A DNA stretch of 64,000 bases, from the NCBI RefSeq assembly GCF_963921235.1, contig NC_086118.1:20648001-20712000 (forward strand). Reading direction: 5' to 3'. The notes under the pieces are model-generated. The model saw only the letters and a list, made by a program, of their open reading frames with translations. It ran no database searches and had not been told where the DNA came from. This stretch comes from Mobula hypostoma. Its lineage: Eukaryota. The first letter of the stretch is position 1. The number at the start of each line of letters is the position of its first letter. Made by a program: the position numbers and the translations under genes. Positions 39,717 through 52,002 of the stretch are shown in pieces.

Positions 39717-39799
39717 GCAAGGGGCCAGGTCAGTCTGATATTCAGTATGTGGACAAATTTGGATTTCATATTGTAACTTGTTGTGGTTACATTCCACAG
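39717..39799 (+). CDS. FN3KRP: FN3K family kinase coding exon 4 (83 nt)
   Basis: ctag acceptor; KGPGQSDIQYVDKFGFHIVTCCGYIPQ; GTAAG donor at 39800. Confidence 0.93.
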
Positions 39800-39929
39800 G
39801 TAAGCTGATTTTTTCTTTTTCTCCTTGTACACATTTTGAACTTTGGTATGCTCAGGTTATTTTTTTGGCATTGCTGTCTAATGGTTTGCATGTACAAATG
39901 GGAAATATAAATTATATCAAAGAATATTA

Positions 39930-40210
39930 AATTGTATAGTGCCTTTTGCAGCTTTGTAGGCTACAAGGTGATGAGACAAATGTGGCAGACAAGTTGTGTA
40001 CAATTTAGCAAGAACAGTGGCTAGGTAATCAGACGTATTTACTTTACGTGTGAGATAAATGTTGGTTGGGGTCTTGATGGAACTTACTCATGCTCCATCG
40101 TTGCTGTGGAATCCTTTGTAGCCACCAGAGAGTGTGTATGGGACTTCAATTTTATCTTATAATAATCATTGAACAGAATTCCTGCACATACTATCTTATC
40201 CATCAGTGGG
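39930..40210 (-). mobile_element. Highly decayed Deu-domain SINE (SacSINE1/AmnSINE1-like)
   Basis: Loose by-eye match to the recalled reverse Deu consensus (aatgcggcagcca.., gataaatattgg.., gggatctttt..ccacctgagag). Confidence 0.4.
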
Positions 40211-41332
40211 CAGAAAATAAACAAAATGTAGTTGGGCCAGATCATAGAAATCAAAGATCTGTGAAAATCATAGATCTGTGGAAAGAGAAACAGAGTTAAC
40301 TTTTTGGGTCAAGGACCTCTTTTGAAACTGGGGGGAGAGAGAGAGAGAAACCAAGTTGTTTTCAAATTGCAAAGAGGACTCGGGAGTGGTAGAGACGAGG
40401 GGAGGCTCTGTTGGCTTCGGTGATGAGCTGTAAAAAGTTCTTAGTTTTACTGTCTTTGCTCATTAACCAATGAGTTAAAAGGAGGTCACCAACATAGTAA
40501 AAGGTGTGAAACACAGCTTTGGCTGCATCAATTAAGAGAAATGACTGAGCCAGTATTATAAATGGTTAACTGGCTTTTTCTTACATGAATAGAGAAACCA
40601 GATTACCTGAGGCTATTGAATACAAATTCATGCTAAATTGCAGAACTAAATGGAATTATGTCTTGGGGTCCTCCTGTCATCCTTGGTCATTTTTGTTATA
40701 GATGTGTGTTTGGGAGGGGTTTACAGAGTGATATAACTGAACTTTGCAGTAAGCTTTGAGATTTTGACCAACAGTGAACCTATTGTACACCCTTTTTATA
40801 TTTGGACCAATCAAGCATGCTACTTTATCTTGAGCTTCTCAAGGATCCTTGAGGCTGCACTCACCCGAGCAAGTGAAGCTAATACTCCACGTACATTCTT
40901 GAGTCATTCTTTGTAGATTAGGACTTTTGGGTTTCATATGTTGGTGCATACTGAGTCTCTGACCAACTGTTGGAGCCACAAGATAATAGTTGGTCCAGTT
41001 GTATTTTTGCTAATGATGACTCCCAGTACGTTGACAATGGTTATGCCATTGAAAGTTGAGGGTAGGTCATCAGACTCTTACTGTGTAATACTTTGGTCTG
41101 AATGTTGTTTGCTATTTCATTGCATGTCTGAATGCTGACTTTATCTTGTTCAAAACAGACATGGACTGTTTTATTCACTGAGGTCATGGGTGGAATTGAA
41201 CATATGCATCACTTTTTCTATTCCTTCCAAATATTTGCAAAACTGTATATTAGCTTTTTATAAGACTTGCATAAAACTGAAATAAATAATTTGGACATCT
41301 CATTTGCAATTTTCTGTTCTTTTTCCCCTCAG

Positions 41333-41455
41333 AATAATGACTGGCAGAATGACTGGGTAAATTTCTTTACTCAGCAACGTCTTCAGATCCAGATGGATTT
41401 AATTGAAAAAGACTATGGAGACCGTGAAGCCAGGGAGCTCTGGTCAAAGCTGCAG
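41333..41455 (+). CDS. FN3KRP: FN3K family kinase coding exon 5 (123 nt)
   Basis: Polypyrimidine tract and cag; NNDWQNDWVNFFTQQRLQIQMDLIEKDYGDREARELWSKLQ; GT at 41456. Confidence 0.93.
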
Positions 41456-41844
41456 GTACATTTCCCCAAAATCTTTTAACACTAAATTCAAAGCAAACAT
41501 TTACAATAATTTGCATTTACAATACGATAAATAAAAAAAATACTTTAGCAGATTGTATTTTTGATACATACTGCCTGATTTTTGATTACCAAAATTTAAT
41601 TAATTACTTGGGCATTTAACTGCATCATTCACCCAACACGGATAGACATCAGCTGGATTAGATATTGGTGAATCCAGTATGTGATAGAATCATATCCAAT
41701 AACTTCTCTTATGCCCCCTTTCTCCAACACTGGTTGAGGACTTGCTGAGAGAATGCATGGTCTTATTTACCATAATATCTTTAATTGCCAGAACAAAGTT
41801 CATACCTCTTATATTACATTAACTGTTGTCATTTTGCTTTCTAG

Positions 41845-42183
41845 TTGAAGATACCTGCTCTATTTCATGACATAGAAATTACACCAGCTCTCCTTCATGG
41901 AGACCTTTGGGGAGGAAATGTTGGACAAGTAGATGATGGGCCAGTTATTTTTGATCCTTCATCTTTCTACGGCCACTCTGAGTATGAACTAGGAATATCT
42001 GGAATATTTGGAGGGTTTAACTCTGCTTTCTATAAAGAATATCATAATAAAATTCCCAAAGCCCCTGGGTTTGAGAAGCGTCTTAAACTTTACCAGCTCT
42101 TCCATTACCTGAATCATTGGAATCATTTTGGGACGGGGTATCGAGGGTCTTCAATTAGTACGATGAAAGCTTTGCTTAAGTAG
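41845..42183 (+). CDS. FN3KRP: FN3K family kinase coding exon 6 (339 nt including TAG)
   Basis: Catalytic [10 protein letters not shown] and [15 protein letters not shown]-terminal [15 protein letters not shown]. The six exons total 930 nt = 309 aa plus stop. Confidence 0.96.
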   Translation: MKIPALFHDIEITPALLHGDLWGGNVGQVDDGPVIFDPSSFYGHSEYELGISGIFGGFNSAFYKEYHNKIPKAPGFEKRLKLYQLFHYLNHWNHFGTGYRGSSISTMKALLK

Positions 42184-43995
42184 TTATATTAATGACAATA
42201 CCAGTGTTGGGTCAAATGGTAGGAAGTTAATCTATTATCTTTGCTTGAAAATATCTTTAAATGCCTACCTTTGAAGAAACTAATATTTGAAGATATTGAA
42301 TATTAAAAAATTGGCTGTCCACTATTTCATCAGATATTAGAACATAACAATTGATCATAATCTCAGTAACTTAGAGTATTTATTGCTTTTTTGTTTTACT
42401 ATCTTCCATATTATCCTGTATGCTTTGATAAATGAATGACAACTTGTAGATTTTAGAAAAAGACTAAATCATTAACATTGTTTGATCAATGAACAAAAGT
42501 AGAAGAAACACATGACTGAAAGATTCGAAATGTGAGAACTCGCATTCAAAATATGTGTACCTAGAGGATTTCTGTTGGAAAATTTACTCTATTGTAAAAA
42601 AAACAGGTGTTGACTCAATTAAACAGCAAAAATTGTATGCAAATAATTTTTCAATGTATAATTTATCTTAAACAGCTTCACTGTGGCACACTTTAAAATA
42701 TTGTTTACAGACACAAAGACAGCATTTTGGTAGCACTTCAGCTTTTCATTAAGAAAATTGTTTTCTCCTGATTTCCAGGTGCTTACAGATAGTTTTTCTA
42801 AGGTTATAACCTTCTAGAGGGGAAACAATGGAATGAATGATACTGTGGAATCTCATATGAGAAACTAAGTTATACTCTGCTTCTCTATTGCTATTCTGTA
42901 TCAGCTATGTATTTGCCCACTTATGCAACTATCCAAATTGCCTTAGTGGCTCTTTACATTGTCCTCATAATTCCTTGTTGTGTTGTCAGCAAGCTTCAGT
43001 TCCCTTGTACAAATTATTTGATGGTTATTGTTAGTAGCTGAGGCCCAAGCGCTGATCAAGTACTGGTTTGCCTGTCAATCTTCCTGAATTGGCTTTTTTT
43101 CACTTATGATGTTTGGGGTCTGTGTTTAATACCTTATGTTACTAAATTTATAAAAAAGTAAGACCTTTAAATCAGAAAACAAATACAAAAAATTGGAAAT
43201 TTGAGCAGAAAAGGAAATCAGACTTTAATTAAAGTAATAATAAGGATGCAGATTATGAGGGTCTCAGTTTGGAGTATTGTGCAGAATATGACAGTCCCAT
43301 TTCACTGGAGCATCTGCCTAAGTTGTTATACCCTGTGTTCTGTCAAGTAACTTAAAGCCTGAACTTTTGTCTCAGAGCTGCAAGTGCTGGCCATTTAACC
43401 TTTTTGGCTGATTGGACAAAATACATTCTTTGTGAGTAATTGTGTTTTTCCTCTGTGATCTGCTTACTACTATAGGAAACAAAGCTTTTTTTAGCCATTT
43501 AACTGTGATTTCTCTGTTTTCAGGATTTCAAACAGCACTTCATTAATCATTCTTAATTTAAACATGTTGTTTTTATATCCTGGAGTAAAGTGATAAAGCA
43601 CTAATGAATTTTGAATGTATTATGGTAAAGAAGTATCCCTTTTATGCAAACCGATTGAAGGAAGCACGCAGCATGTTTCAAATTGAAATTATTTCTCTAG
43701 TCTGCTTTGAACAAGTGTTGCAACATTCAAATTTCAATAGGCTGAGCATAACCTTCTGGTTTAATTTGACTGTTAAATTAGAAAAAGTAATATAATTTCT
43801 CCCATTATTGTGTATGTTATACTTTTAAACCAGGGAACATATTTGTAATAATTTTCTAATATACCTCAAATTTATCACGGTGAGCTACAGTTTTATGTCC
43901 ACTCAAGGCCGGGTGAAGTTACCTAGGTGACTGTTCCTCGTTTCTAAGCCCATAGAGACCTATGTCAATGTGTTATGTGGGTATTGCTATCAGAT

Positions 43996-44206
43996 TGCCA
44001 CTGTCTGTAAGGAGTTTGTACATTCTTGTTGTGAACACATGGGTTTCCTCTGGGTGATCCAATTTCTTCCCACAGTCAAAATGCGTACCAGATGGTAGGT
44101 TAATTGGTCATTGTAAATTTTCCCTTGAATAGGCTGGGGTAAAATCGGGGATTGCTGGGAACTGTGGCTCGAAGGGCCTATTCTGTTCTATATTTCAATA
44201 AATAAA
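43996..44206 (+). mobile_element. 5'-truncated V-SINE (HE1-like)
   Basis: V-domain-like tgggtttcctctgggtg..tttcttcccacagtc..ggtaggttaattgg; CR1-like tail gaagggcct..; ends in aataaataaa. Confidence 0.6.
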
Positions 44207-45627
44207 CACATAGACTTAATTGAATAGCCAAATATTTAGTTCTAGTTTGGATTATTTCAGAGACACAAGAGTGAGATTGTTTTTCTAGCCACTGATATTA
44301 TTTTGTTCACTGCTTTCTGTTAACTGTAAACAACAATCTTTCCATTGTGGTTGTACTTGAGATTGGTGAACTATCAATGGACAGAATAGACTTTCCAGGT
44401 ATGTGCGAGTTCATGTTAACATTAGTAAGTAGTTTCATGTTTTCCTGCAGCAAATGGATGAGCAGCATATTCTGTCTGTTTTGCATATTAAAAAGGCCCA
44501 AACAGGTGCTTGTTCCGGGTTTTCAAAATATTCCTTACAAGTGAACAGAACCTGGAACCCCTAGCAGAAATGGAGTAATAAGCAGTGCTGTCTAAATTAT
44601 TGGCTCATTTTCACACTGTCAGTGCTGAACAGGTAGAGTCAAAAACAGATCCATTCCTTTGTGTAAATGGGAATGAAAGAGTGAATAAAATGGAAATCAT
44701 CTCCTCTGGTTCAGATGACAAATTTTTGACATTGTTTCTTATGACTTCTGACAGTCATGAAAATCATTTTCCTGCATTTACTTCCAATCTGCTTTTCTCT
44801 GAATACAATGCCTGTGCACTCTGTATTTTGGCCCTGCACTGCTGTAAGGAAAGAGATAATTGTGAGTCCTCCTTGGTACATGCCAAAATAAAATGGAAGT
44901 TTGAAAATAAAGTGGAGTCAGCTTGGAATGTTGTGACAGAGTGCACTTGGTAAACACACTCCATACACATGCGCACGCATAAACGTTGCCTTGTTGTTGT
45001 GTTGAGTTTGCACACTTCAGTGTCTTCCCCACTGCTCCCAGGTATATTCTAATAATGGGTCTGAAGTGCTTCGCTTTATGTTACCTTTTTTGCCATACAC
45101 TTTGGAATATTCCATTTTGTTAGTAATGGGGATGTGTAAATGTGCTTGTTTTGTTTGTGTACTGTTTTTAAGACAGATATTTGTTTATTTTGTAAAATGA
45201 TTGTAACTACGTTGTGAAGTGTATCAAGTTGTTGATTCACTTGTAGTCTTAAGTTAATTTTGAAGGTAATTGAAGATGGTATGTCCTTGTGCCTAATAAA
45301 CAGTGCTGATCGCTCTCGGTAGCAGAGGGAGAGAGATCAAGCTGCCAGGGGTTCACACTGGACAAACTAGTACGGAGCTATAATTGTGTTTTCTGGTAGA
45401 TACCTTTTTGCAAATATTGACAGTTTTCTTTTTGCTCATTTTTGTAAGTTTGATTTTTGACGCACTGAATAAACTTGTTTGCACTTAAGTGCTAAGCGAT
45501 TCCACTCATTTTCTCTTTGGTCAAAACCTATGTACTGTAACAAATTTGGTAATATCCTTTTTTTCCTCTTATTGACCAATGTTTTGTCATTATTTGGAAT
45601 GGGCATCAGTATAAACAAAATACGAAG

Positions 45628-48600
45628 TGTTGTGTATTTACATTTCAATAATATTTGATTAACATTGTGAATATATTGTTTGATTAAGCATTCTTTGTTG
45701 TTTACATCGTTCATTACGGGTTAAATGTAAAAGTACATGAATGACGTGTGTCATTGTGCCAGTACTTCATAAGTGCACACCTTAGTAAAGATTAAGAGTA
45801 CACACATTTATCCCAGTTTTAATTTCTGGAGTTACAAAACATAACAGTTGCAATGACTAAGTTTTAAAACAAACCTGAGAATACTATCTACTGGTTGAAG
45901 CACAGCACATTCTTTCTCCTTAAGGTGGGGGAGAGAGAGAGACATTTCAGTTAAAAGAAGTGTGTTTTTTTTCTAGAGAAGTGCAGTGAGGCAGAAAACA
46001 GGTAAAATTCACAGATTTATAAACAATGGGTACTGAGGAGTAATAATCATAAATAAAAGAAACAGAAATGGCTGGCTACGTTGGAAAGATAGACACATTT
46101 AATTGCACAAAGTGTAACTGGATTTTATAAGAAGAATTAGTAGTATTTTGAAGTAAATGACATAGCCAATGAAAAGATAAGCAAGTTATGCTGAATGCAT
46201 TAAGTGGAAAGCATCCAGTTTGCTTAGATGTTTGACTGCTCCAACTAAACCAGCCGAAATGACCTTTGCTGATATCGTGAAAGTTATGCTGGAACATTTA
46301 GAACCAAAACCATTGCTGATTGTGGAACACTTTAGGTTTCATAAGCATAATCAAAAGGACGGTGAATCCATTTCAGTGTACAAGGATAAACTAAAGAAAT
46401 TGCCTGAATATTACCATTTTAGTGTTGGTCTTAATCATATGCTGAGAGATTGTTTCATTTGTGGAATCTTACAAGAAAGCATTCAGAAACAGCTCCTAAC
46501 TGAAGCACGGCTCAGACTTAAAAGAGCAGTTGAAATTGCTGTATCAATGGAAATAACAGCCAGAGACAAAACTGAGCTGCAGTCAAGAATGAAAGTGAAT
46601 GTGAACAAAATTGCAACATCTAAACAGAAACCTGCCTGCCCAAATAAATTGTGTTACTGTTGTGGCAGAGGTTCACATACAGTTCGCCAGACTTGCAGAA
46701 AATGCAACAAAGTAGGGCACGTATAAAGAGCATGTCAGGCAGACAAAAATAAATGGACAGCACAGGGAAGAGATAAAGATAAAATGTCAATTTGCAGTTT
46801 CAAAAAGGGCAGTAATCTGCAAGATGTTGATGAAAAATGATGAGAGTGGTACAGTACAGGAATGGGTAGCCTTGAAATTTACTATGTGAAAACTAACAAG
46901 AGACCAGTGATATGGGTTATACTAGAAGTGAACGACAAATTAATTAAAATAAAATTGAACACTGGCTCAGCTCTTTCAGTCATTCCACAAGATGATTTTG
47001 AACTGCACTTCGAAGAAACCCAACTAAGAACTTACACTGGAGCAAAGATAACTCCCGTGGGAGTGATATTCGTAACAGTGATGTACAACCACCAACAAGA
47101 CATTGGGCCTGTATCTGGTGAAAATAGAAGGGCCAGCATTTTGATGTTGTGATTGGCTGAAAAAACTACAACTTGACTGGAGATCCATCCAACATCTGCA
47201 TGCCACATCCCCTGTGATAGAGTCAACTGAGTGCAAATTTAGAAAGGTACTGGATGATGCCAAGGCAGTGTTCAAGGATAGTATTGGGAAATTCAAACAT
47301 ATGAAGCGTAAAATTGAATTAACTGAAAATCCCACACCTAAGTTTTACAAAGCCCATCTGATTTCTTATACCATCTGTGATAAAGTAGCCAGTGAGCTAG
47401 ATCACATGGAGGCTGAAGGAATTTGTTCCAAAGTTGAGTGGAATCCATGGGCAATGCCATTGGTTCCGGTAGCCAAGGTGAATGGGTCTGTCAGGATCTT
47501 TGGTAATTTTAAGGTCACTATCAATCAAGTACTGAAAGTAGATCAATACCCTCTGCCCAGGATAGAGGATATCTCTGCAAACCTTTCAGGAAGAAAACAC
47601 TTCAGCAAAGTGAACTTAACTGAGGCTTGTGTAGAGATGGAGATGGAAGAAGAGTCCAAACTGTTTCTCACCATAATCACTCACAAAGGCTGTAATAGGC
47701 TTTATTTTGGAGTGACATCTGCACCTGCACTCTGACGGAAAGCTGTGAACCAGGTGCTGTAAGCCTGGATGACATTATTGTTACTGGTGAGGATGATAAG
47801 GAATATCTCCAAAATCTCAAGACTTTGTTAAAAAGATTAGAAGATCATGGACTCTGAGCATGACATAACAACTGTGAATTCTTTAATCCAAACATCACCC
47901 ACTGTAGTTACACCATTGACGCACAAGCATTACACAAATATGCTGAGAAAATTCAAGCAGTGGTGGATGCCCCAAGTTCAAAGGATGCATTACAATTGTG
48001 GTTCCTTTTAGGATTTGTCAATTGCTATAACCAATTCCTGCCAAGCCTGGCTACTGTGCTTCACCACTTGAACTCATTTTTGCAGTTCAGGAAGAAGCAG
48101 TAATGGACAAAGCAGTGTGAGGTGGCTTTCCAAAAGACAAAGGGAATGGTGAGGTCAGACACTGTTCTCACACATGATGATCCACGCAATCCAGTGAAGC
48201 TGGCCTATGACACCTCACCTTATGGTATAGGTGCCATCATTTTGCATGTTATGAGTGAATGAAGTGACTACCCATAGACTTTGCATTACGTTCCCTTACT
48301 GCTGCATAGAAAAGTTATGCACAGATTGACAAGCTTTGAGTCTAGTTTGGAGTGTAAATCATTTCAACCAGTACTTGTATGGGAGACAATTTACCTTTGT
48401 TACTGCTTTCAACCCTAGTGTCCATTTCAATCCACAGAAGGGTGTTCCCCTAACAGCCACAGCACGGATATTCTGTTTCTTGGAGAACACAAGTACAAGA
48501 TTGAAGACAAGAAGACGACTAGTCATGGAAATGTTGATAGATTGTCCTGTTTACTCTTGGAAAAGGAAATACCTGAAAAATTTACGAAAGAGAACACTTG

Positions 48601-50731
48601 TCTCAATGCATTCTCCCTAATGCAAATCGGATGTCTCCCTTCGCTGCAAAGATGATCCAAAGAGAAACCAGAAAAGATCCCACACTGTTTCAATTCTACA
48701 TAGCAATCCAAAATGGCTGGAACGTGCAGCAGAAGTCTCAATTTCTCCATTTTTACCAGTGCCGGGATGAACTTGCCCTTAATGGTGGTTGCCTTATGTG
48801 GGAATAGAGTGTTGTTGTACCATCCAAGCTGAGAGCTAAAGTGTTGCAGAAGTTATATGCTGGCCATCTAGGCATGATCAAAATAAAAGCATTGGCTTGA
48901 AGCTTTGTCTGGTGGTCTGGGATAGATCAGCATATTGAGTACTTGCCATGCACTGCCAGGATGCCAACACGTCTAGAAGATGCCAAGAGCAGCGCCTCGA
49001 CATTTCTGGGAATGGCCTGTATTGCCCTCGCAGGGGATTCATGTGGATTTTGCTGGACCATTCATGGATAGTCGTGGGTGCGGCTGCAATGTTGCCAGAA
49101 GTGTTCCCTATCGCCTCCACTACAGGCTCAGACACTGCTGATGTGTTGAGAAGCCCCTTCTCAAGGACCAGTGTTCTGGAACACTTAGTCAGTGACAATG
49201 GACCACATTTTATTGTGGAACAGTTTGCGTTAAGCTGGAAAATGAATGGAATAAGACATATTATAATTGCACCATACCACCCAACTACAGATGACTTGGC
49301 AGAAAGGTTGGTCCAGAGTCTAAAGAATGCACTGTGTGCAACGTCAGCAGAGCACACTATACTGATAATGAGTCAGAAGCTCATCAATTTCCACACTCCA
49401 CAATCAACAATTCAGCTCTGCTGTTCCTGGGTTGTCTGTTGCACTCACACCTGGATCTCCTCAAACCTGGTCTCAGGAGTATACAGGATAAGCAGCTGAG
49501 ACAAATTGAGGGCTCCTCTAACAAGGAGCTTCTTTGTTTCTCTCCTGGTCAAGCAGTCCTGGTGTAAGAACTCCAGGTGATCAAAAGAGGGTGCTTGGCA
49601 AGATTAGGGACAATACTGGACCACAGTGGAGAGGGGAGCAGAGTCAATTTTTAGTGAAGAAAGGTGTCCAGAGCTGCTTCTGCAGTACCAGAGTCAACTC
49701 CTACAATCACTATGGAGAAGGTGTCATTGCGGAAAAAGAACTAACACTTGGGCATGGAGGGAGATCACTTCAGAACGCCTTTATTGTAGCATGATACCAT
49801 GGAGAACCCGTCCTCCTAAAAGCGGAGTTCATGAGACTCTGTCTGAGAATGGGTTACTCTCTTTTTCATCTCCCAAGCATATGAGAGAAAAACACATAAT
49901 CAGAAGGAGGAACTTCAATGGCAGTTCTGCTGCATAGCAAAGTTGCAGGATATGTCCCTGAGCAGTTACACATTTACTTCAGTGTTAATTTCTCAAAAGA
50001 GTATATCAGACAGGCTAAAAGAGTATATCAGACATGTGATGATTCTTAGAACAACAAATACAAACATAATTATTTTAATCAGCCTGACTGAAAGGCACAT
50101 TGTCAGCAGCACAGAGTACATTAGTCACAGTAGACTTTGATTTTACATTTTGAAGATCATTAACCCTTCCTTGCTCAATACAGTGTCAGCTCTGGATATT
50201 TTCTTCCACAGAAGGCCTCAGAACCTGAGATTATGTCACAGCCACAAGTCTGTCCTGCCAGTCAATGACCCCCCCCCCCCCCACCACCACCACCCACCAC
50301 TGGTCAGGATAGAAGTTATCCTATAAGAGTTATAAAAGTAAAAACAATCCTCCACAGTGGTTCAATCTTTAGGTTTGAATGGGACATTTTAAAATTTACA
50401 AAGGTGTGGATTATATAGTAGTTGTATCATATACTGTAAATATACAGTAGAGATGCATTCTATATAGAGTTGGAGTTTATAGCTAAGCAGAGGGGAATGT
50501 GTATTTAATATATCAAGAATGAGTAATATTGTCTATATATTTGATTAATCATTCTTTGTTGTTTACATAATTTGTTATGGGTTATATGTAAAAGTACAAG
50601 AATGTCCTGCTTGATTGTGCCACTGCATCTTAAGCACGTGCCTTATTAAAGTGAAACTAAGAGTACACACGTTTATCCTGGTCTCCCATGTTTTTTTTTC
50701 TGATTAGTTTCTGGAGTTACAAAACTTAACA
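45628..50731 (+). mobile_element. Full-length decayed Ty3/Gypsy LTR retrotransposon (Mag-like)
   Basis: Diverged LTRs 45628-45846 and 50498-50731 (TG..CA); polypurine tract 50489-50497; gag with two zinc knuckles (CYCCGRGSH, CRKCNKVGH); LNTGS protease; YPLPRIEDI RT; LVSDNGPHF..APYHP..AER integrase; 5-bp TSD cgaag/caaag. Confidence 0.92.
49722..50210 (-). mobile_element. Solo LTR (489 bp) nested in the Gypsy element
   Basis: TGT...ACA ends; perfect 5-bp TSD gaagg at 49717-49721 and 50211-50215; AATAAA on the - strand near 49780; internal 22-bp tandem repeat at 49996-50035. Confidence 0.75.
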
Positions 50732-50807
50732 CAAAGAACAAAGTAATTTTATTACCCAAGTACATACATGTCACCATATACAACTCTGATTCATCTTCTT
50801 GCACATA

Positions 50808-52002
50808 TCTATATACTACTAAAACTCTCATGCTCTGTCTGTCTGTTTGTCTGTTTGTGACCTCCAATTAGTGCAAACTGTGCATTACAGCAGCACTTTT
50901 TTCGGCTCAATCAAATTAAAATGTGCTAACTTATAGAATGCAGGCAAAGTTCAGGGTTATATATTCATATAAAATTGCTCATTCACAAAAATCAACAGGC
51001 TCCCTTTCACCCGAGAGCTGATCTGCCATCATGGAAATCGGGATGCGACAGCCTGACGCATATGCATGGCCAGTCTCAGCAGCAACACCTACCAGAGCAA
51101 AAGGGCAGGTCAGCTCTATTTCGAGAGGTCACAATCTGCTAATCACCATCAGCATGTGCAGGATTGGGACAGATCTAACTACCACCCATCAATAAGAGAT
51201 AATTAAATCTTATTGTAATGACGTACTTTGAGACACCCATAAAACCCTTTACTACAGTCAAAGGACAGCAGTGACTATATCACGTCCATTTAGGAGAGCG
51301 CCAACCACATCATCAAGAATGATCAGCATCCTTTAGTGTTAGTGCTTCGTATCTTCTATCCAGCATTAGGGTAAAAAAAAATGGTCAGCCTAATTATGCC
51401 ATGTGGAAAGGGAATAGGGACATTATGGTCAAGAGATGATGCCAACCGTCGTCAGGAGAGGGAGAGAACAAGAATCGGATGAGGCCAGGGCTGCACGACT
51501 CCAGAATCAAAGGAGAGAAGAAGAGACAGAGGAGGAGAGGCATGCACATCTCCAGGATCAGAGATAAACAACAAACAGCAGAAGAGCTGAAGAGAAGGGG
51601 AATGAAAGGGCTGCATGTCTCCAGAATGACAAAAACAGGCACAGGAGGAGGATAGAGGAAGAGCCAAAGCTGAGAAATTCACGTCTCCAGGATCAGGGAC
51701 AAAGAACAAACAGCAGAAGAGATGAAGAGACGGGGGATGAAAGGACTGCATGTCTCCAGAACGACAATGAGAGGCACGAGGGTGGCAGATAAACCAGAAA
51801 TGATGCCATCAAAAGTGTCCTTCGTTAAACGAGGAGGAGCTATATTTGCTTTGCTACGTGTCGTTCTTCTTTAATAAACTGAGATTTTCTACTTCAGTTT
51901 CCAAAGCAAAGTGATACCAATAGCATTCAGAAAAATTTAATGTTCATTCTGGTCATTACCCTTCTCTCAAAGGGTGCCCCAATGGGTCACCCGGTTGTCT
52001 AG
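50808..52002 (+). mobile_element. Non-autonomous Helitron with STPR-like repeat coding remnant
   Basis: 5' TC(TATATACTACTAAAA) after host A50807; (CTGT)n near the 5' end; 3' hairpin gggtgcccc-aat-gggtcaccc (51972-51992) then CTAG and host T52003; no TSD; host Rex tail rejoins across it. Confidence 0.85.

Noticed and set aside
51394..51751. Minus-strand hydrophobic ORFs as membrane proteins
   Set aside because: They are the antisense shadow of the purine-rich STPR-like repeats inside the Helitron.
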